From assembly GCA_013239625.1 (NCBI GenBank), contig MU054212.1:1860001-1924000 (forward strand): DNA of 64,000 bases, in the 5' to 3' direction. Under the pieces are notes generated by a model. That model did no database searches. It saw only the letters and a program-made list of their open reading frames with translations, and was not told where the DNA came from. This stretch comes from Lama guanicoe. Lineage: Eukaryota. The translations under genes were made by a program, and so were the position numbers. Shown here piece by piece: positions 29,913 through 43,367 of this stretch (position 1 is the first letter of the stretch; each line of letters begins with the position of its first letter).

Positions 29913-31179
29913 AAAAGTCTATCAGTGGCCTTAAACATTTTACATATTTAAAAGCTCTGCTTTGCCCCCCTGCAGGATGTGATGCAGTCCGCATAGAATT
30001 ACAATGCTGTATTAAGCAACCTAAGCAGAAATCTGATACTCTAAAATTTATGTCCTTTCCAAAAGCAAATCATATTTAGCACTTATCAGTTTCATCATTA
30101 GTAAAGGAAAACGTAAAAGTCCAGGATGAAAGGTGACCTATTCTGATGTTTTGGCCTCCTACTCTTCCTTTGCTTCTAAAACGCAATAGCAGTGTTTGGT
30201 TTCTTAAAGACAGAGATTAGCATGAGAGTTCTGATATTTGACAATCTGGAGGAAAGTAAATACAGTGTATAATTTTGTAGGAGAATAACTGTTGGGTAAG
30301 ACGGAGGCGAATAGTCTGATGTGAACCAACAATGAACAAAGTTCTCCTTTCTCTGCATACTGGAGGGAAGACAGATCAGAAGTTAACATGAGAGTGGGTA
30401 AATACAGTTAGCCTGGAATGAATGTGCAGAAAGAAATACAGTATGTCCCTATTTTTAGCATATTTTCAACCAGTCACAATAAAGATACTTATATTTAGAG
30501 AAAAATGCCCAGTAACAAAATAAAATTTCTTCCTCAAAATGGGAAGAGAACTTTCCTTAATTAAATATTGGTCCAGCTACTTCAAAGAACTAAAAATAAA
30601 ACAAAACCTCAGAGAATAAGAGTACCTATGACATTACCCTTTTGAGTGAGCTGCATTATTGATGCAGCTGTAGACTGGCATCTCGGCCAGACCAGGCCAT
30701 TCTGAGCCTTCTTACTCATGGCACTTACCTCTTGGCACCCGCAACGCAGGTGGACACCCTCTCAAAAGGGAACAGCCTGAGAAAGGAGAACGTGGTGAGG
30801 TGACACACAGAGACAGAATCTGCATCTAGAATCTGAGCATCTCTCTTTTGAAATGAGTATTAGAAAGTCTGTCTTAAAATGATAACGGCAGGGAAATTCC
30901 AAATCAAAGTAGTCACTGTGGCCTCAACTCACCCGATTAGGTCTACATATTACCTCATCTGCTGCCAAAGCTCATACTTCGTGCTCAGGCCAACACGACT
31001 TTCAAGCACAAGTTGAATGAAGCGTCTATACAATTCAGACTCAGCTTCTCCTGCCCCATCTTTTTTTTTTTTTTGAAAGCCCCATAAGACGGAGGCTCTT
31101 GTGGGTGCTACGACGATTACAGTGGTACCTTTTCCTCATTGACCTCTCCCTGGGGGTGATTATACCTGTAACACCTCAC

Positions 31180-31370
31180 TATATTTATAGTGAATTTTAC
31201 AATTTTCAAAACGTGTGTGTGGGTTCATATACCTCAATTCTCAGTTAAGCTGCTCAGAAACAGGGATTAGTCCGGGTTAACCCAAATCCTAGGAAGAGTG
31301 TAACTGATTTGCTCAAAATTACATAGGAAGTTGTTGGTAGAACTGGGTTCCGATCTGCGTCTAGGCTTCA
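31180..31370 (-). mobile_element. Degenerate MIR fragment
   Basis: taactgatttgctcaaaattacataggaagttgttggtagaactgggttc. Confidence 0.4.
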
Positions 31371-32744
31371 GATTATGGGGGAAGAACAATGATTACATTT
31401 CAATATGGAACCAAGTTTCCATTTGATCATCTACGATGCTTAGTTCCCTGGGTCCCTGTGCTCAGGAAGACGGGAGATCACCCAGCAGCTTGTGTTGATA
31501 ATGTCTGTTTAGTTAAGGCAGTGATTCACAAAGGGAGGAAAAATTAGAAAAATGGACTTTCAGCTGGACCTTTCTGATTATCTGACAGGTTTATCTGAGT
31601 GCCCTTTGAAGGTTTAAGGCCTAATATATGATGCTCTTTTTTTTTTTAGATTATTACTTTTGGATTTATCAAGATTGAGTTCAAAATCTGGCATTCAAAA
31701 ATTTGACTAATTCATGAAGAAATAACATATTTCAATTTTGCTGGTATGTGTAAGGAAACCGATATGAATCATTTTATTAACTAAATCTGTTTTTAAAGAC
31801 CAAAAAAGTCATTATTTTCAAACTGCGTGAAGCAAGGCAGAATCATTTGTTTCCTGACAAATGGTACCAGTTACAAGGCTGTTTTCTCTTCTGCATGTGG
31901 AGATTTTCACATAGACCGTTAAATATAACTTACTGAGTTGATCTGGAAAATACCAAGAAAACCATATACTGTACAGCTCAAATGCTTGGAGTTAACAAAA
32001 ACAAACAAACCCTCCCTGGCCCCCAGAAATGTAAATAAAAAGTTAGATTTCCCTGTACTGCATTTGATTGCATTAATTGATGTTTAAAAAAAAATCCGTT
32101 GAAAATAAAGCCCAGCAGTAGCATTTTTCTTTCCTAAATCACAACAGCAGCACATTACAAACATCACCAAAAGGTCCCCTGGTACGTTTGTGAAGTTCCA
32201 CTCTGGCAGTAAAACGCATCCACTGTGTGTTCTCCATTTCCATCTCTACCCTCCCAAATATGTGTGAAAGCAGGTCACAGACGCAATTAAGCCTCCCTGC
32301 GCATTGTTTAAATATTCATTTCCGATAAGACTCAGAAACTGAATGGTCAGCCACTGAATTCTTTTTAATTCGAAAAACCAAAATCTTATTCGAAAACAGG
32401 GTTCGACCTCTGACAGCAGGCAGGCCATTATTACTGAGTCCAGTTTTGTAATCTGTCCACCAAAATCCTGATAAATGAGGCACGCGCTCGCTGGGCATGT
32501 TAGCGAACACAGACCTCTACCAGAGGCTTCAGTGGGCTTCCACCGCAGTGCAGAGGACAGTGTCCACAGAAGTCATCACAGACATCATCTGCAAAGCCTC
32601 TCTTTCCATTTACTGTGGCGGAGTGATCTTAAAAATTCGGGCCCTGGAATTACTCGGTGGTGGTGGGTGGGATGCCCCTAACACGCTGTGGAATCTCATC
32701 TAGCTTGTTTAACCTTGCCGCCGCCAAACCGTCCAGCCAGTGGG

Positions 32745-32880
32745 GCTACCAAGTACCCACAGCACAGGGTTGAGAAGTGAGACTCAGTGGGGCAACGGAG
32801 ATAATCGACAGCAAGTGTCCAGCGCGACGCCTGGCTGATGACGAGGGCTCTGTAAGTATCGGTCGTTTTTGTTATTAGCA
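32745..32880 (+). mobile_element. MIR 3' part, unusually GC-shifted
   Basis: agtacccacagcacagggttg...gagataat...agcgcgacgcctggc...gctctgtaagtatcggtcgtttttgttatta aligns by eye to the MIR tail. Confidence 0.55.
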
Positions 32881-33358
32881 TGAAGCAATGTTTACTTCAT
32901 TTGTTGAAATATCTTACATCAAGGGTTTTGACTCTTTAGACTTCACTTACTGACTTTGCTCCCCTCTATTTCTCCCCCCTCTTCTCCATGGAAAGTGCTT
33001 TCTCCTCCAAGTCAGCAGTCTTGGGCCTTGCAGGACTTGAGAGGTAGAACCAACCGGGATGGGGGCTCCGAGGGCAGACGCGCGGAGGGAGCTCAGGGGA
33101 CGCCGCCGGCGGGGCAGGGCGGGGCGGGATCGAGTCTTTGGGCAGACCCAGCAGAAATTTTTTTTTTTTAAGGTTTTCAACTTAACTCAGATGTTTATGA
33201 GGACATCTTAGCATATGGTAATGATAAATTTTAAAACAATACCCAGAAGATGTTAATGCTGTTAAGTTATCCACTTTTTAAAACCTCTTCCTCTCAAGGC
33301 ATTGCCATGACACAACTGGTTATTTTTTTTTTCTCCTTTGTTTTCTCCTCAACCCAAC

Positions 33359-33391
<33 letters not shown>

Positions 33392-33395
33392 GTGT
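33359..33395. repeat. (TG)n microsatellite with one interruption
   Basis: Read directly. Confidence 0.9.
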
Positions 33396-33559
33396 AGGCG
33401 GAGGGGAAGAAATGTTTAGATAATCTACCAATGTATTTGTTGGGATGACACAGGAAACTGGTCCAGACGTGAGGAAGAGCAGTGTAGCGTAAATGGAAAA
33501 GAGCTGCCACACCTTTTGCTGTTCCTCGGGCTTTAGTCCCTGGCCAGGTCCCTTCCCCT

Positions 33560-33762
33560 CACTCAGAGTTTATTTCTCCTCTGAATTCCTACCATGCTTG
33601 ATGGGACTCTTAGGGCATTTGTCACATTCTCCCTCAGCATAAATACAAGTCTTAGTTCCCCTATAAGATACATTCCTTCTTGATTATCCTCCTTATCACT
33701 TACTAGGTCTGTTCTCAAGGCAACTGTGTTTTTTTTTCACTGTTGTTGAGTGAATGAATGGA
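33560..33762 (+). mobile_element. Degenerate LINE-2 3' end
   Basis: Pyrimidine-rich L2-like body ending in tgttgagtgaatgaatg. Confidence 0.4.
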
Positions 33763-36700
33763 AGGAAAAAGACAAGAAAGGAAGGGAGAGATTGAGCGAG
33801 GGAGAAAGCAGACTTGGGAAGCCACCAAGCTGTAAGGGATGCCGAGTCCAGCATGGGCCAGGTAGGAACGGACTGGGGAGGGGGACGTGGTTGGCTCTTT
33901 TTGGTAACCCCACATAATTCAACACGCAACCAAGGAGAGCTTTTCAAGTTCACGCCATTCCTCTACCAGTGACATGCCTCTTGCCCAGCTTTCTTACTTC
34001 TCATCAGTCCCAAAATTAAAAAATAAAAGCAATTGTGTGTTTAGCCCTGTCCTCTATATTTATTTCTATCTAAAAATAATACTATTTTCCCCTTTTCTAG
34101 TGGGGCCTACTTACTGCTTGCCAATGTTCTAGTCAACTTCAGTTTCTCTCGGCAAGCAGAGAAGGATGGCCAGGTCCTGACCCGAGCATTCTGCATTGAG
34201 CTGCTACCATTTTCCAGGTATGGACTTCCCCTGAGTCCACCGCCCAGAAGATTTTCTCTATTTTAACATTTTTAAGTCTCGGGCATTAAGAATGGGATAA
34301 AAAGAATGGACTTGTAAGTACTTGTGAAGCCGCTGCATCCGTCTTGTGCCACGCGGTCCCTACCAACCTGGGGACAGTCACACTTTCTCTCTTTAAAATG
34401 CCTCCTCACTGTAACCTCGAGGAATCAGAAAGTATCAGAAGTCATGGAGTTTCAGAATAGTCTCAGGACTGGTCTGATTTTAACAATGAAGTGAACAGCT
34501 GCTAAGGCAAAAATACAGCTCAAGAATCGAGTGTGAAATATCTGCCTGGAGTATCGGCATTCTCCTAGTCTCTCAAGACCCTTCCCCCTTAGCCGAGTGC
34601 TATGACATCTGACCAGCTGTTCTTAGTAAAAGGGACGCCCCGGGTCAGCTGGTGAACAAGGAGCGGGGAAGGAGGTGCAGGGCACCCGATGCTTTCCCTC
34701 GTTTTAAGGGGCCACCCTGCTCCTTCATTAGCCTTTGCGACTCGCGCGTCCCGAGGCTGGGTTGGGTCTTCTCATTAGCGCTGGATTCCCTGCCTCTGAG
34801 CAGAGCACAGATGTCAGGCGAGCCTGACCCAGTATCGGGCTGATCGGATGCTGCTTACTTTCTTAAGCCCGAGGTTTCAGGGCATCTTGAGACAAGGTGG
34901 TGGGGTTCTTCTCTGGCCCTCCTTGTCGGGGAGTGGGCAGCAATGGCATGCACCGCAGGCCCCCGAATGGCCGAGCCCACAGCCACAAATCTGTGTTCAG
35001 CGAGGGCTGCTCTCTTCCCTGGGCAGCTTCCCTAAAGGACAAAGGGTCCAGAAGGCTTGTCTGCAAACGAAATCTGCAGGAGGCTCGATCCCCTGGAACA
35101 CCCAGGCTCACCCTGGCACATCCAGCCCAGGGCAAATGGCCCGCTAGCTTGTCCTCTTCAGAAAGCGTTCTTTGTATGGAACTAAATAAATAAGTAAGGG
35201 CATGCATACATACATGCATACATACATACAAATACGGAATGAATCTCTTTAATAATTTGAAGAAATCATCTTGGCTCATGGATGAGGCGGTCGTTAGGGG
35301 CCCGTGACAAAGGGGCCTTTGGGTTTTCTCTGTACCTTTGATCTGCATTATGAAATGTTAATGTCCATCCCATCAGAGCCTCTTCCAGAAACACCCTCTC
35401 TCCAAAGGCTTACCCCTGCCCACTGCGACTTCCACTCAGATGCTCCATTTATACTGAAGCCCAGGCCCAGAAGCACTGACATTTTGAAACAGGGCTAGCT
35501 CAGCTGCGAAATAAAATTTACGATGACAAAGAGCATGGCTGAGACTGAACTGTGGCGATTTAATCCCACACACACCCTCCTATCCCGTGTACCCTGACGT
35601 TACACACGCGCCTAGAAACTCAACTCCAAGGGCTTCGCCTCCAGTCGGTAACGCGGGGTGGGGGGAGTGTCCACGGAATCTGCGATTTTGTGTTGATGAG
35701 GTAGGAACCACCACAAGCACGTATTTTGATATCTCTATTAACAGCCTGTTCATGTCGAACTGCAAAACTTGGTTGTACTTCTTTCACCATCTTTGCCCAA
35801 GACAGACCAGTAAACACAATTCCTCTCTCTATAATTAGCCTTTTCTCTGAGGGCCCTGAAGTAAGTCTGCACGCCGTAGATTTAATATCCAGTGCTATAT
35901 CCATATGTGCTGCCCTTGCCAGGTCCCAGAGCATATAAACTCCCCTATTAGCAGCCTTGACTGCTTAATTATGCAGATTTTTTTTGTACCCGCCTGCCTG
36001 TAAAATTACTGTGTCTAACCTTTTTTTTTTTCCTCTTTGCACCATGCTGGCCATTCTAATGAAATCGGCATAGGGGAAAGGGCCTGATTTGCAGTTATGG
36101 AGGCTGGATCGCACTGGCAATCTGTCCTTAGTGGGAGTTACAAAAGAAGTCAAATGCCTTCATCTGGTTCTACCCTATCATCCCCAAGGTGATTGAGTTC
36201 ACTTCCCGACGCTTCCCAAGTTTTCCTCAGGCTGTCCAATCAGCACGTCCACCAGGGAGCCCAGCCTAGCTTGCAACAGTCTCTGTATCTAGTTACAGCC
36301 CCACCAGGGACAGTCAACCATCCACCCCCCAAGCCTTCAGATGAAAACCTTTTCTAACAAGGCCGCCCAGCGCCAATGAAATAACACACATCTGCATATC
36401 CACTGGGTCCCATGTTTCTTGTGCTCATGGATTATGTATCTTGCAGCCTCTAATAAAGAAATGCAGTTCTTTGTTTAATGTTTATCTTGTGCTTGTTAAG
36501 CAAATGCTAATGTTGTATCAGAATGCTTTAGTGCTATTTGGGTTTTTGGTGATTTACTACAAGACAATCTGCTGTGAAGTAAATTTAGAGAGAGAGCAAG
36601 AGAAAAGAGGAAAAACATCCTTCTGGTTGAAAGGGAGAAAAAGAAATCGGTTTGACAGAAAAATCAAGGAAAAGGGGGTGAGAGAGAGTGGGGAGCATGA

Positions 36701-37509
36701 GAGAGTGAAGGTGCATTCCAGAGACAGAGCAGAAGCCTGAGACAGAGAGACAGACAGGCAGATGGAGGGACACACGTACACGCCCGCAGGGGCTGGGGAG
36801 GCGGGGGCGGAGAGCAGGGCCTGGTATAAACCCCCTGGCCCCAGGCTGATGCATTCACCCTCTCACTGGACAGTTTGCGATTTGAAGCTAGAGGATAAAC
36901 CCTGTACGATCTCCAAAAGGGATGAGATGGTAACTTCCCCTTCAGTGATAAGGTAAACAGTGTCCTGAAGGGTAAACAAAAAATAAAAAAGCCTTTTTGT
37001 TGTTGTCTGCCTTTGTGCCCTGATGGTTAGCACTGCGCACTGTTATTCACAGACCACAGGGAAGCCCTAAATTTAATTGTTCATGCCTAGCTCTGCTAGA
37101 AATAGGCAAAAAATAATCAGAACCTCCCTCCTCCCAATTTCAGGGAGAGGTGGGGGCTGGGGAAGAGAAGAGAGGGTGGCAGCTTGAAAGCTGATGAATG
37201 AATGCCCTTTATTTATCCTTTGGCAAGACAGGATGCAGATAGCCAGTCCACACCGTCCCCTCCTGCTTTCCAATGCCTGCCACCCTGTTAGGGAAGAGGA
37301 TGTCAGTTTTAGACCGAGAGATCACACATCTCCACGCTATTCACATTTTTGACAGAAGAAGTCAAGATGCAATTCTCTGAAAGTAAAATCTAGAGGTCTA
37401 TATATTTTATGATTACAGTTATTATAATTTGTTGACAAATTGTGATGTTAATCGAGGTTGTAGATTTCTGTGTTTTATAATATACAAGGATGATTTGATA
37501 AGAGATAAT

Positions 37510-37600
37510 ATCTTGCAATATATACAAATATTGAACCATTATGTTAGGCACCTGAAGCTAGTACAATGTTATTTGTCGATTATATCTCAATTAAAAAAAG
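37510..37600 (+). mobile_element. Very short 5'-truncated L1 3' end (L1MA-like) with target-site duplication
   Basis: tatatacaaatattgaaccattatgtt..cacctgaagcta.tacaatgttatttgtc.attatatctcaattaaaaaaa, flanked by AGAGATAAT at 37501-37509 and 37601-37609. Confidence 0.75.
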
Positions 37601-39009
37601 AGAGATAATGATGAAAAGGATAGAAAAGTGATTAGGAGAAATGAGTATTTTGCTCAGAAAGTACACTTGTCACAAATCAGAGTCAGTTCCTCTCCTTCCT
37701 CTCGGCATTTCACAAAATAAATCAATGAACTTCCAAAAGGATGAAAAAAAAAACTCTAAGTGAATAAATGAAAAGCAAACACCTACCATACGAATGCCAG
37801 TGAAAATTACTTCGCACTGAAGAATGCCGTGTTAGCTTTCTTCTTGGGCAAACATCTCTATCCTCAACACACCACAGAGGCTGAGGATAAATGCAGTCTT
37901 CATGATTAATACAATTAATTGTAAGTACTCTGGTTCTTTTGGAACACCTCACTGATGTCACAGAAGTTTCCATTAAAAGTGTTAACTACTGCTTCAGAAA
38001 ATAAAGATCCAATGTACCTTCTTCTTTGCTGAGAACATTTCTTAAGTGTTTTGTTTTTCTTCTGAACATTTTACTCGATAAATTAAATCCTGCTTTCTAA
38101 TGATGCCCTCCTAATACAAAAAATGCTGAACTCAAAGAAGCCCTATGGAGGCCAGTGGAAGAAAGTAGAACAGAGAGTGAAGGTATCCATTTGCTACAAG
38201 AATAACTGGAAATCTGAAGTCTGGGCTTCTCAAAAGTACTGCCTCTTAAGGCACCCAGGGCTCTCTACAGAGTGATGCTTAATTACTACCAGTGGGCATG
38301 ATCTGGGGGTGTGACACTTGCTCTTTGGGGTCTGACCAGAAGGAATCGACTCCCTTCCATGATGTCATTTCACTAAAAACATGATCACAACAGCTTCATT
38401 TAGGCTCAAAGCAAACCCTACTGCTGAAAATTCTCCCTTCCCATTGTTTTAGCCACTTGGTCCCCACTGGGGGCCATTATTAGAACTGGAATTTAAAAAA
38501 GACAGAAAAAGGAAATCAATAGTACAGTTCATTAGCTGGCTCTTATATCTGTGGTAAGGCGTGAATCAGGGGCTTTGCTGTTCATAAAATGTCACAAAAG
38601 CTCTCTACATAATAAATAGAAGCAAAATATGCATGTTGGGATCTTTCTGCTGAGAGTTGCAGGCACTCCACAGGGGGAGAACGCCGTAGCAGTGGCATCT
38701 CCCAGAAGCCAGGCTAAACGATCCTGGAGCCCCCATGAACTGCGGTTGGAACAAAATCCAGGGTGAGAATCAGACACTGGGCTGCATGGAGGTTGAAAGG
38801 GATTCCAGTTGAGGAAACTTACGGAAGTACTTAATTAAAAACAAAACAAAATAAACCAACCAAACTGAAAAACCAAAAGGCAATCCTTGAAGCCCAGTTT
38901 AGAATGATATTTAGAGTACGTTAATACCTATAGTCTCAGGAACCACCCTACATATTAATTTTTAAAAATTCATGAGATACTTGTTTGTCTTCATATAGAG
39001 CAGAGGCGG

Positions 39010-42000
39010 AGTTCCACTTTGGATTGGCATAATCCAAATCCAACCTACATTGGTATAATCCTGTATCAAACCTCCTGCAGATAATAACTATAAATTCTGG
39101 GCAAAACGTTTAAAAAAAAACCCCACAATTAACCTGAAGGCACTGGCATGCGATTATGAGTAGACAGAGTCTGGAGAGAGTCAAAACTTAGATGAAGGAA
39201 AAAACAGAAGATGAATTTCCCACTTTTATGAATTTTAGTCACACATGAATGCTAACAGACCAATAAGAAAGCATTTCTGGCTTAAAACAAAAAAGTTGGG
39301 GGCAGGCAAAGCCACTAGAAAGTAGAGGAACAACTCTGGAAAGCAAGGAGCCTGAAAGAGGATGGGAAAAGCACAATCCTGTGTAAAACTCTGCCCAAAT
39401 CTCTGGCTGACTTCTGAACCATACATGTGCAGCACTGACTGCATGAAGCACAGTTAAGGATTTAAAAACAAAACGAAACAATACAGGATGGACATTTGAG
39501 CTGCAGTCCAAGAGACAGGGTCTGCAGTTTGAGTCCAGTCAAGTTACTTGCCTCCTGAAACAAAAACATCAGTACCCTTTGGAGGAGTATAACAGAATCC
39601 AGAGTATCTACAACATAATATTCACTATGTCCAAGATACAATCCAAATTACTGGACGAAGAAAATGGAAAATGTAACCCATTTTCAAGAGAAAAGACAAT
39701 CAACTCAGATGTTAGAATTAGCATCTAAGGATTTTAAAGCAGCCATTCTAATCATACCCAATGATGCAAAGAAAAATACACTCCTCATGAGTGAATACAC
39801 AGGAAATCACAGCAGAGGAAAAGAATCTATGAAAAGATACCAAGTGGAAATTCCAGGACAATCAGTGTATGGGCTGAAAAGCATAATGGATATGATAATG
39901 GAAAAGTCAATGAGTGTAAAAACAGATCAACAGAAATGATTCATTCTGAAGAACAAAGAGTAAAGTACTGAAAGAAATGAAGGGAGCCTCAAGAACCTGT
40001 AGGACAATGTCAACACATGGGGTACTGAGGTACCAAGAAGGGGAACAAGAGAACGATGTGCAATAATAGTTTAAGAAATAATGGCTGAAGAGCCCCCCAG
40101 TTTAGTGAAAGACACAACTCTACAGACTCAAAAAGCACAGAAGACTCGAAGCAGAAGTTTGTTTTTTTGTTTTTTTTTAAAGAGCATGTTCTTAAAAATG
40201 AAGAGAAAGGGAAAAATCTTGAAGCAGCAAACAAAACAAAATCAAACAAACAAACCAACCTCACAGAAACATACTATGTAGGGGAAAACAATCACTTCAA
40301 TGACCTCTGACTTCTCACTAGAAACAATGGTGCCCAGAAGACAGTGGACCGACACCTTTCTGGTCCTGGAAGAAAAACAAAACTATCAACCTATAAAGCA
40401 GCAAAACAGCCTTCAAAAGGGAGGTAAAATAAAAATCTCTCTCTATAAAGAACACAAAGAGATTGCTGCTAGCAGTTTAACTATAAGGAGTGCCTCCTCA
40501 GGCTGAAGAGAAATTGCACCAGATGAAAACTGGGATCTTCAGAAATAATAAACTGCATCAGAAATTGTGTGTGGCAAACACAAAACTTATTTTCCTCCTA
40601 ATTTCTTTAACATACATACGATTACTTGAAGCAAAAACTGTAACATTGTCTTGTGGAGTTTATTATTCACACAGATATAATACACATGAAATCCATATCA
40701 TAGATGAATCTACATAGTTACAAAGTATCTGTATTTTATATAAAGTGGTAAGATATTAACTCTATGAAAAGTTAAGAATGCATATTGCAATCCCTAGAAC
40801 AGCAAAGAGGTATAGCCAGAAAGCCTGAAGATAAATTATAATGGAATGCTATAAAATATTCAAATAATTTAAAAGAAAGCAGGAAAGGAGAAAAAGATAA
40901 TTTAAAAAAACCGAGAGGGTAAATAGCACACAAATAAGAAGTGGTAGGCCTAAGCCAACCATATCAATAATTATGTTACATTATAATGGACTGAACGCTA
41001 ATTACAGGCAGAGATTATCCAAATGAATTAAAAGGAATAGCCAACTAGATGCTGTCCACAAGAGATGCACTTTAAACGTGAAGACTGGGAGGCTGAGAGT
41101 AAACGGGCAGGAAGAAGATGTACCATACCCAGGACAAGCACAGGAGTGTCAGAGTGGCTGGGTTAATACGGGCTTCAAGGCAGGACTGCCAGAGATAAAG
41201 GAGGGTATTTCATAATGACAAAATGCTCACTGATCAGAAAGATATGAGAGTCACAAATGTGCGTGCACTGAGAAAGAATCTCAAAATACATAGCTGACAG
41301 AATTTAAGGAAAAAATAATTTTATAATCATAGATGGATATCTGAACACCTCAGTTAATAACTGATAGAAACCACCCCTGCACTGCTAGTGACACAGAAAA
41401 TCTGAACAACACTGGCAGACACCTTGACCTAACTGATCGCTGCAGAATATTCTACTCAACATCTGCAGGATACACACTGTTTTCAAGTGCACATAAGACA
41501 TTCACCAAGACAGGCCATATGTTCACCCACAAAACAAGTATTAATAAATTAAACAGAACTGAAATCATACAGAGTATGCTATCTAATTACAATGGAATTA
41601 AATTAGAAATTAATAATAATTGATATCTAGAAAAACTCCAAATATTTGGAAATTAAAAGCATACTTCTAAATAGCCCATGGATCAAACGAAGAAATCACA
41701 AGAGAAGTTAGATTATATTTTGAACTAAAAGTTACTGAAACCTCAACATTCCAAAATTTGTGGGATGTAGATAAAGCATTTCTTAGCAGGAAATTTACAG
41801 ATTTAAATGCTTATATCAAAAAAGAAAAACAAAGGCTAAAATTAATGACTTAAGTTTTAACTTAAGAAACTAGAAAAAGAAGGGCATATTAAACCTGAAG
41901 TCAGTATAAGGAAGGAAATAATAAATATAAGAATAGAAGTCAAAGAAATAGAAAACAAAACATAGGGAAAAATTAGTGAAATCAAAAGTGAATTCTCTGC

Positions 42001-42430
42001 AAAGATCAACAGAGTTGATAAAGTTATCTAGACTGATTGAGAGAAAAACAATACAAATGACCAATATCAGGAATGAAAGAGCATCACTATTGATTCTATG
42101 CATATCTTTTTTACTATAATTTGGATATATTTCCTTTTTCTTTCTATAGCTATTTGAAGGAAAATAAGGGAATATCATGAACAACTTTATCCAAATACAT
42201 TTGCTACAAAATTAAACAGAAAATCTGAACAGCCTTTTATCTACTAAAAAAACTGAATTTATTAAGGAGGAAAGGAGGAAGGAAGGAAGGAAGGCTGGCT
42301 CAGATGGAGTCATCAGTGAATTCTAACAAGTATTCAAGGAAAAATTAACACCCATCATAAACTCTTTCAGAAAATCTTTCATGAGGGCAGAATAATTTTA
42401 ATACCAAAACCCAAAAAAGACCTTATAAAA
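39010..42430 (+). mobile_element. Old L1M element: 5' region, degenerate ORF1 and N-terminal part of ORF2
   Basis: A-rich plus strand. ORF1-like remnants (LELASKDFKAAI, MTSDFSLETM..RRQW..F.VL.EK..QP). Endonuclease-region DNA (ttttcaagtgcacat...attcaccaag, aattacaatggaattaaattagaaat, aaaatttgtgggatg). Boundaries approximate. Confidence 0.85.
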
Positions 42431-43367
42431 CTGGTAGAATTGGCCTATATCCAAAATGGATAAATTTAATCATGTTAATGTGCTAAAATGGACACTGATG
42501 GATAAAAAAAAAGGAATGAAAACTAATTGAAATATTTTCCCCATTCTTATTCTCTTCCCTGTTACCTATTTAATAATAAATAGATCAGCCTCTTTAGAAA
42601 TGAAAACTGATCTGGGCGCAAATGCCCGGGCTCTCTCCTCACTTCTGGAGCGGTCTCTGCTGTCAGGTAGCGTTTCCGCCTCCTGTCTGCAGTGAGACCT
42701 GGTGGGGAGCGGGCAACACAGCGCTGCGCGGCTGCTGCTCCAGGAGGCGCGAGGGGACCTGGTTTTGGTCACGCGTCACCTATCTGCTCAGGTCTGGCTT
42801 TATCTTATTATAGTAAAATTCTTATTTTGGTCAAAAACTCTTTGAAGAAAAATCCAGAGCAAAACATACGTATGTGTACACATATATATTACTGCATTTG
42901 TTCTCACTTGTCCCCTAAAAAAGAAAACAAGGTGAAAGGAGGAAGGCAAGTTTTAAACATTTTTAGAAGAAATGAAATAGGAAGCAAAGAGCATAGTAGC
43001 TACTCCCCTTTTTCCCCCTCGGGAGGGGGGTGGCCACGCGGGAACAGGAGAGCACAGAGAATTATTAGAGGACAGTAATACTTCAAGAAGTTCTACCAAG
43101 GAAGCTGAGAAAGTATTTAAGAAAAGTCCAGACACAGGTGCTTTAAAGAACAGAGGAGCTTGTAACTGGAATGCCAGTGTGACAGCAGTCCCCGTGTCCC
43201 TCTCCTGGCCAGCCCAAGTGCCTGCTTGGGCTGATGGTACAGATACATCTTTTAATGAGGGTCGATGGAACTGAGATCTTGGTTTGCAACCTGCCTCCCT
43301 CAGTTGTAGAACTGTGTCTTTCTGTTTTAACTCTGAAAGTGATGGCCAATGAGAATGTACTTAATAC

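Noticed and set aside
35580..35938. Four overlapping ORFs on both strands and a plus-strand GTAAGT at 35861
   Set aside because: No recognisable domain and no matching sense-strand splice pair. The donor is antisense to ZNF521.
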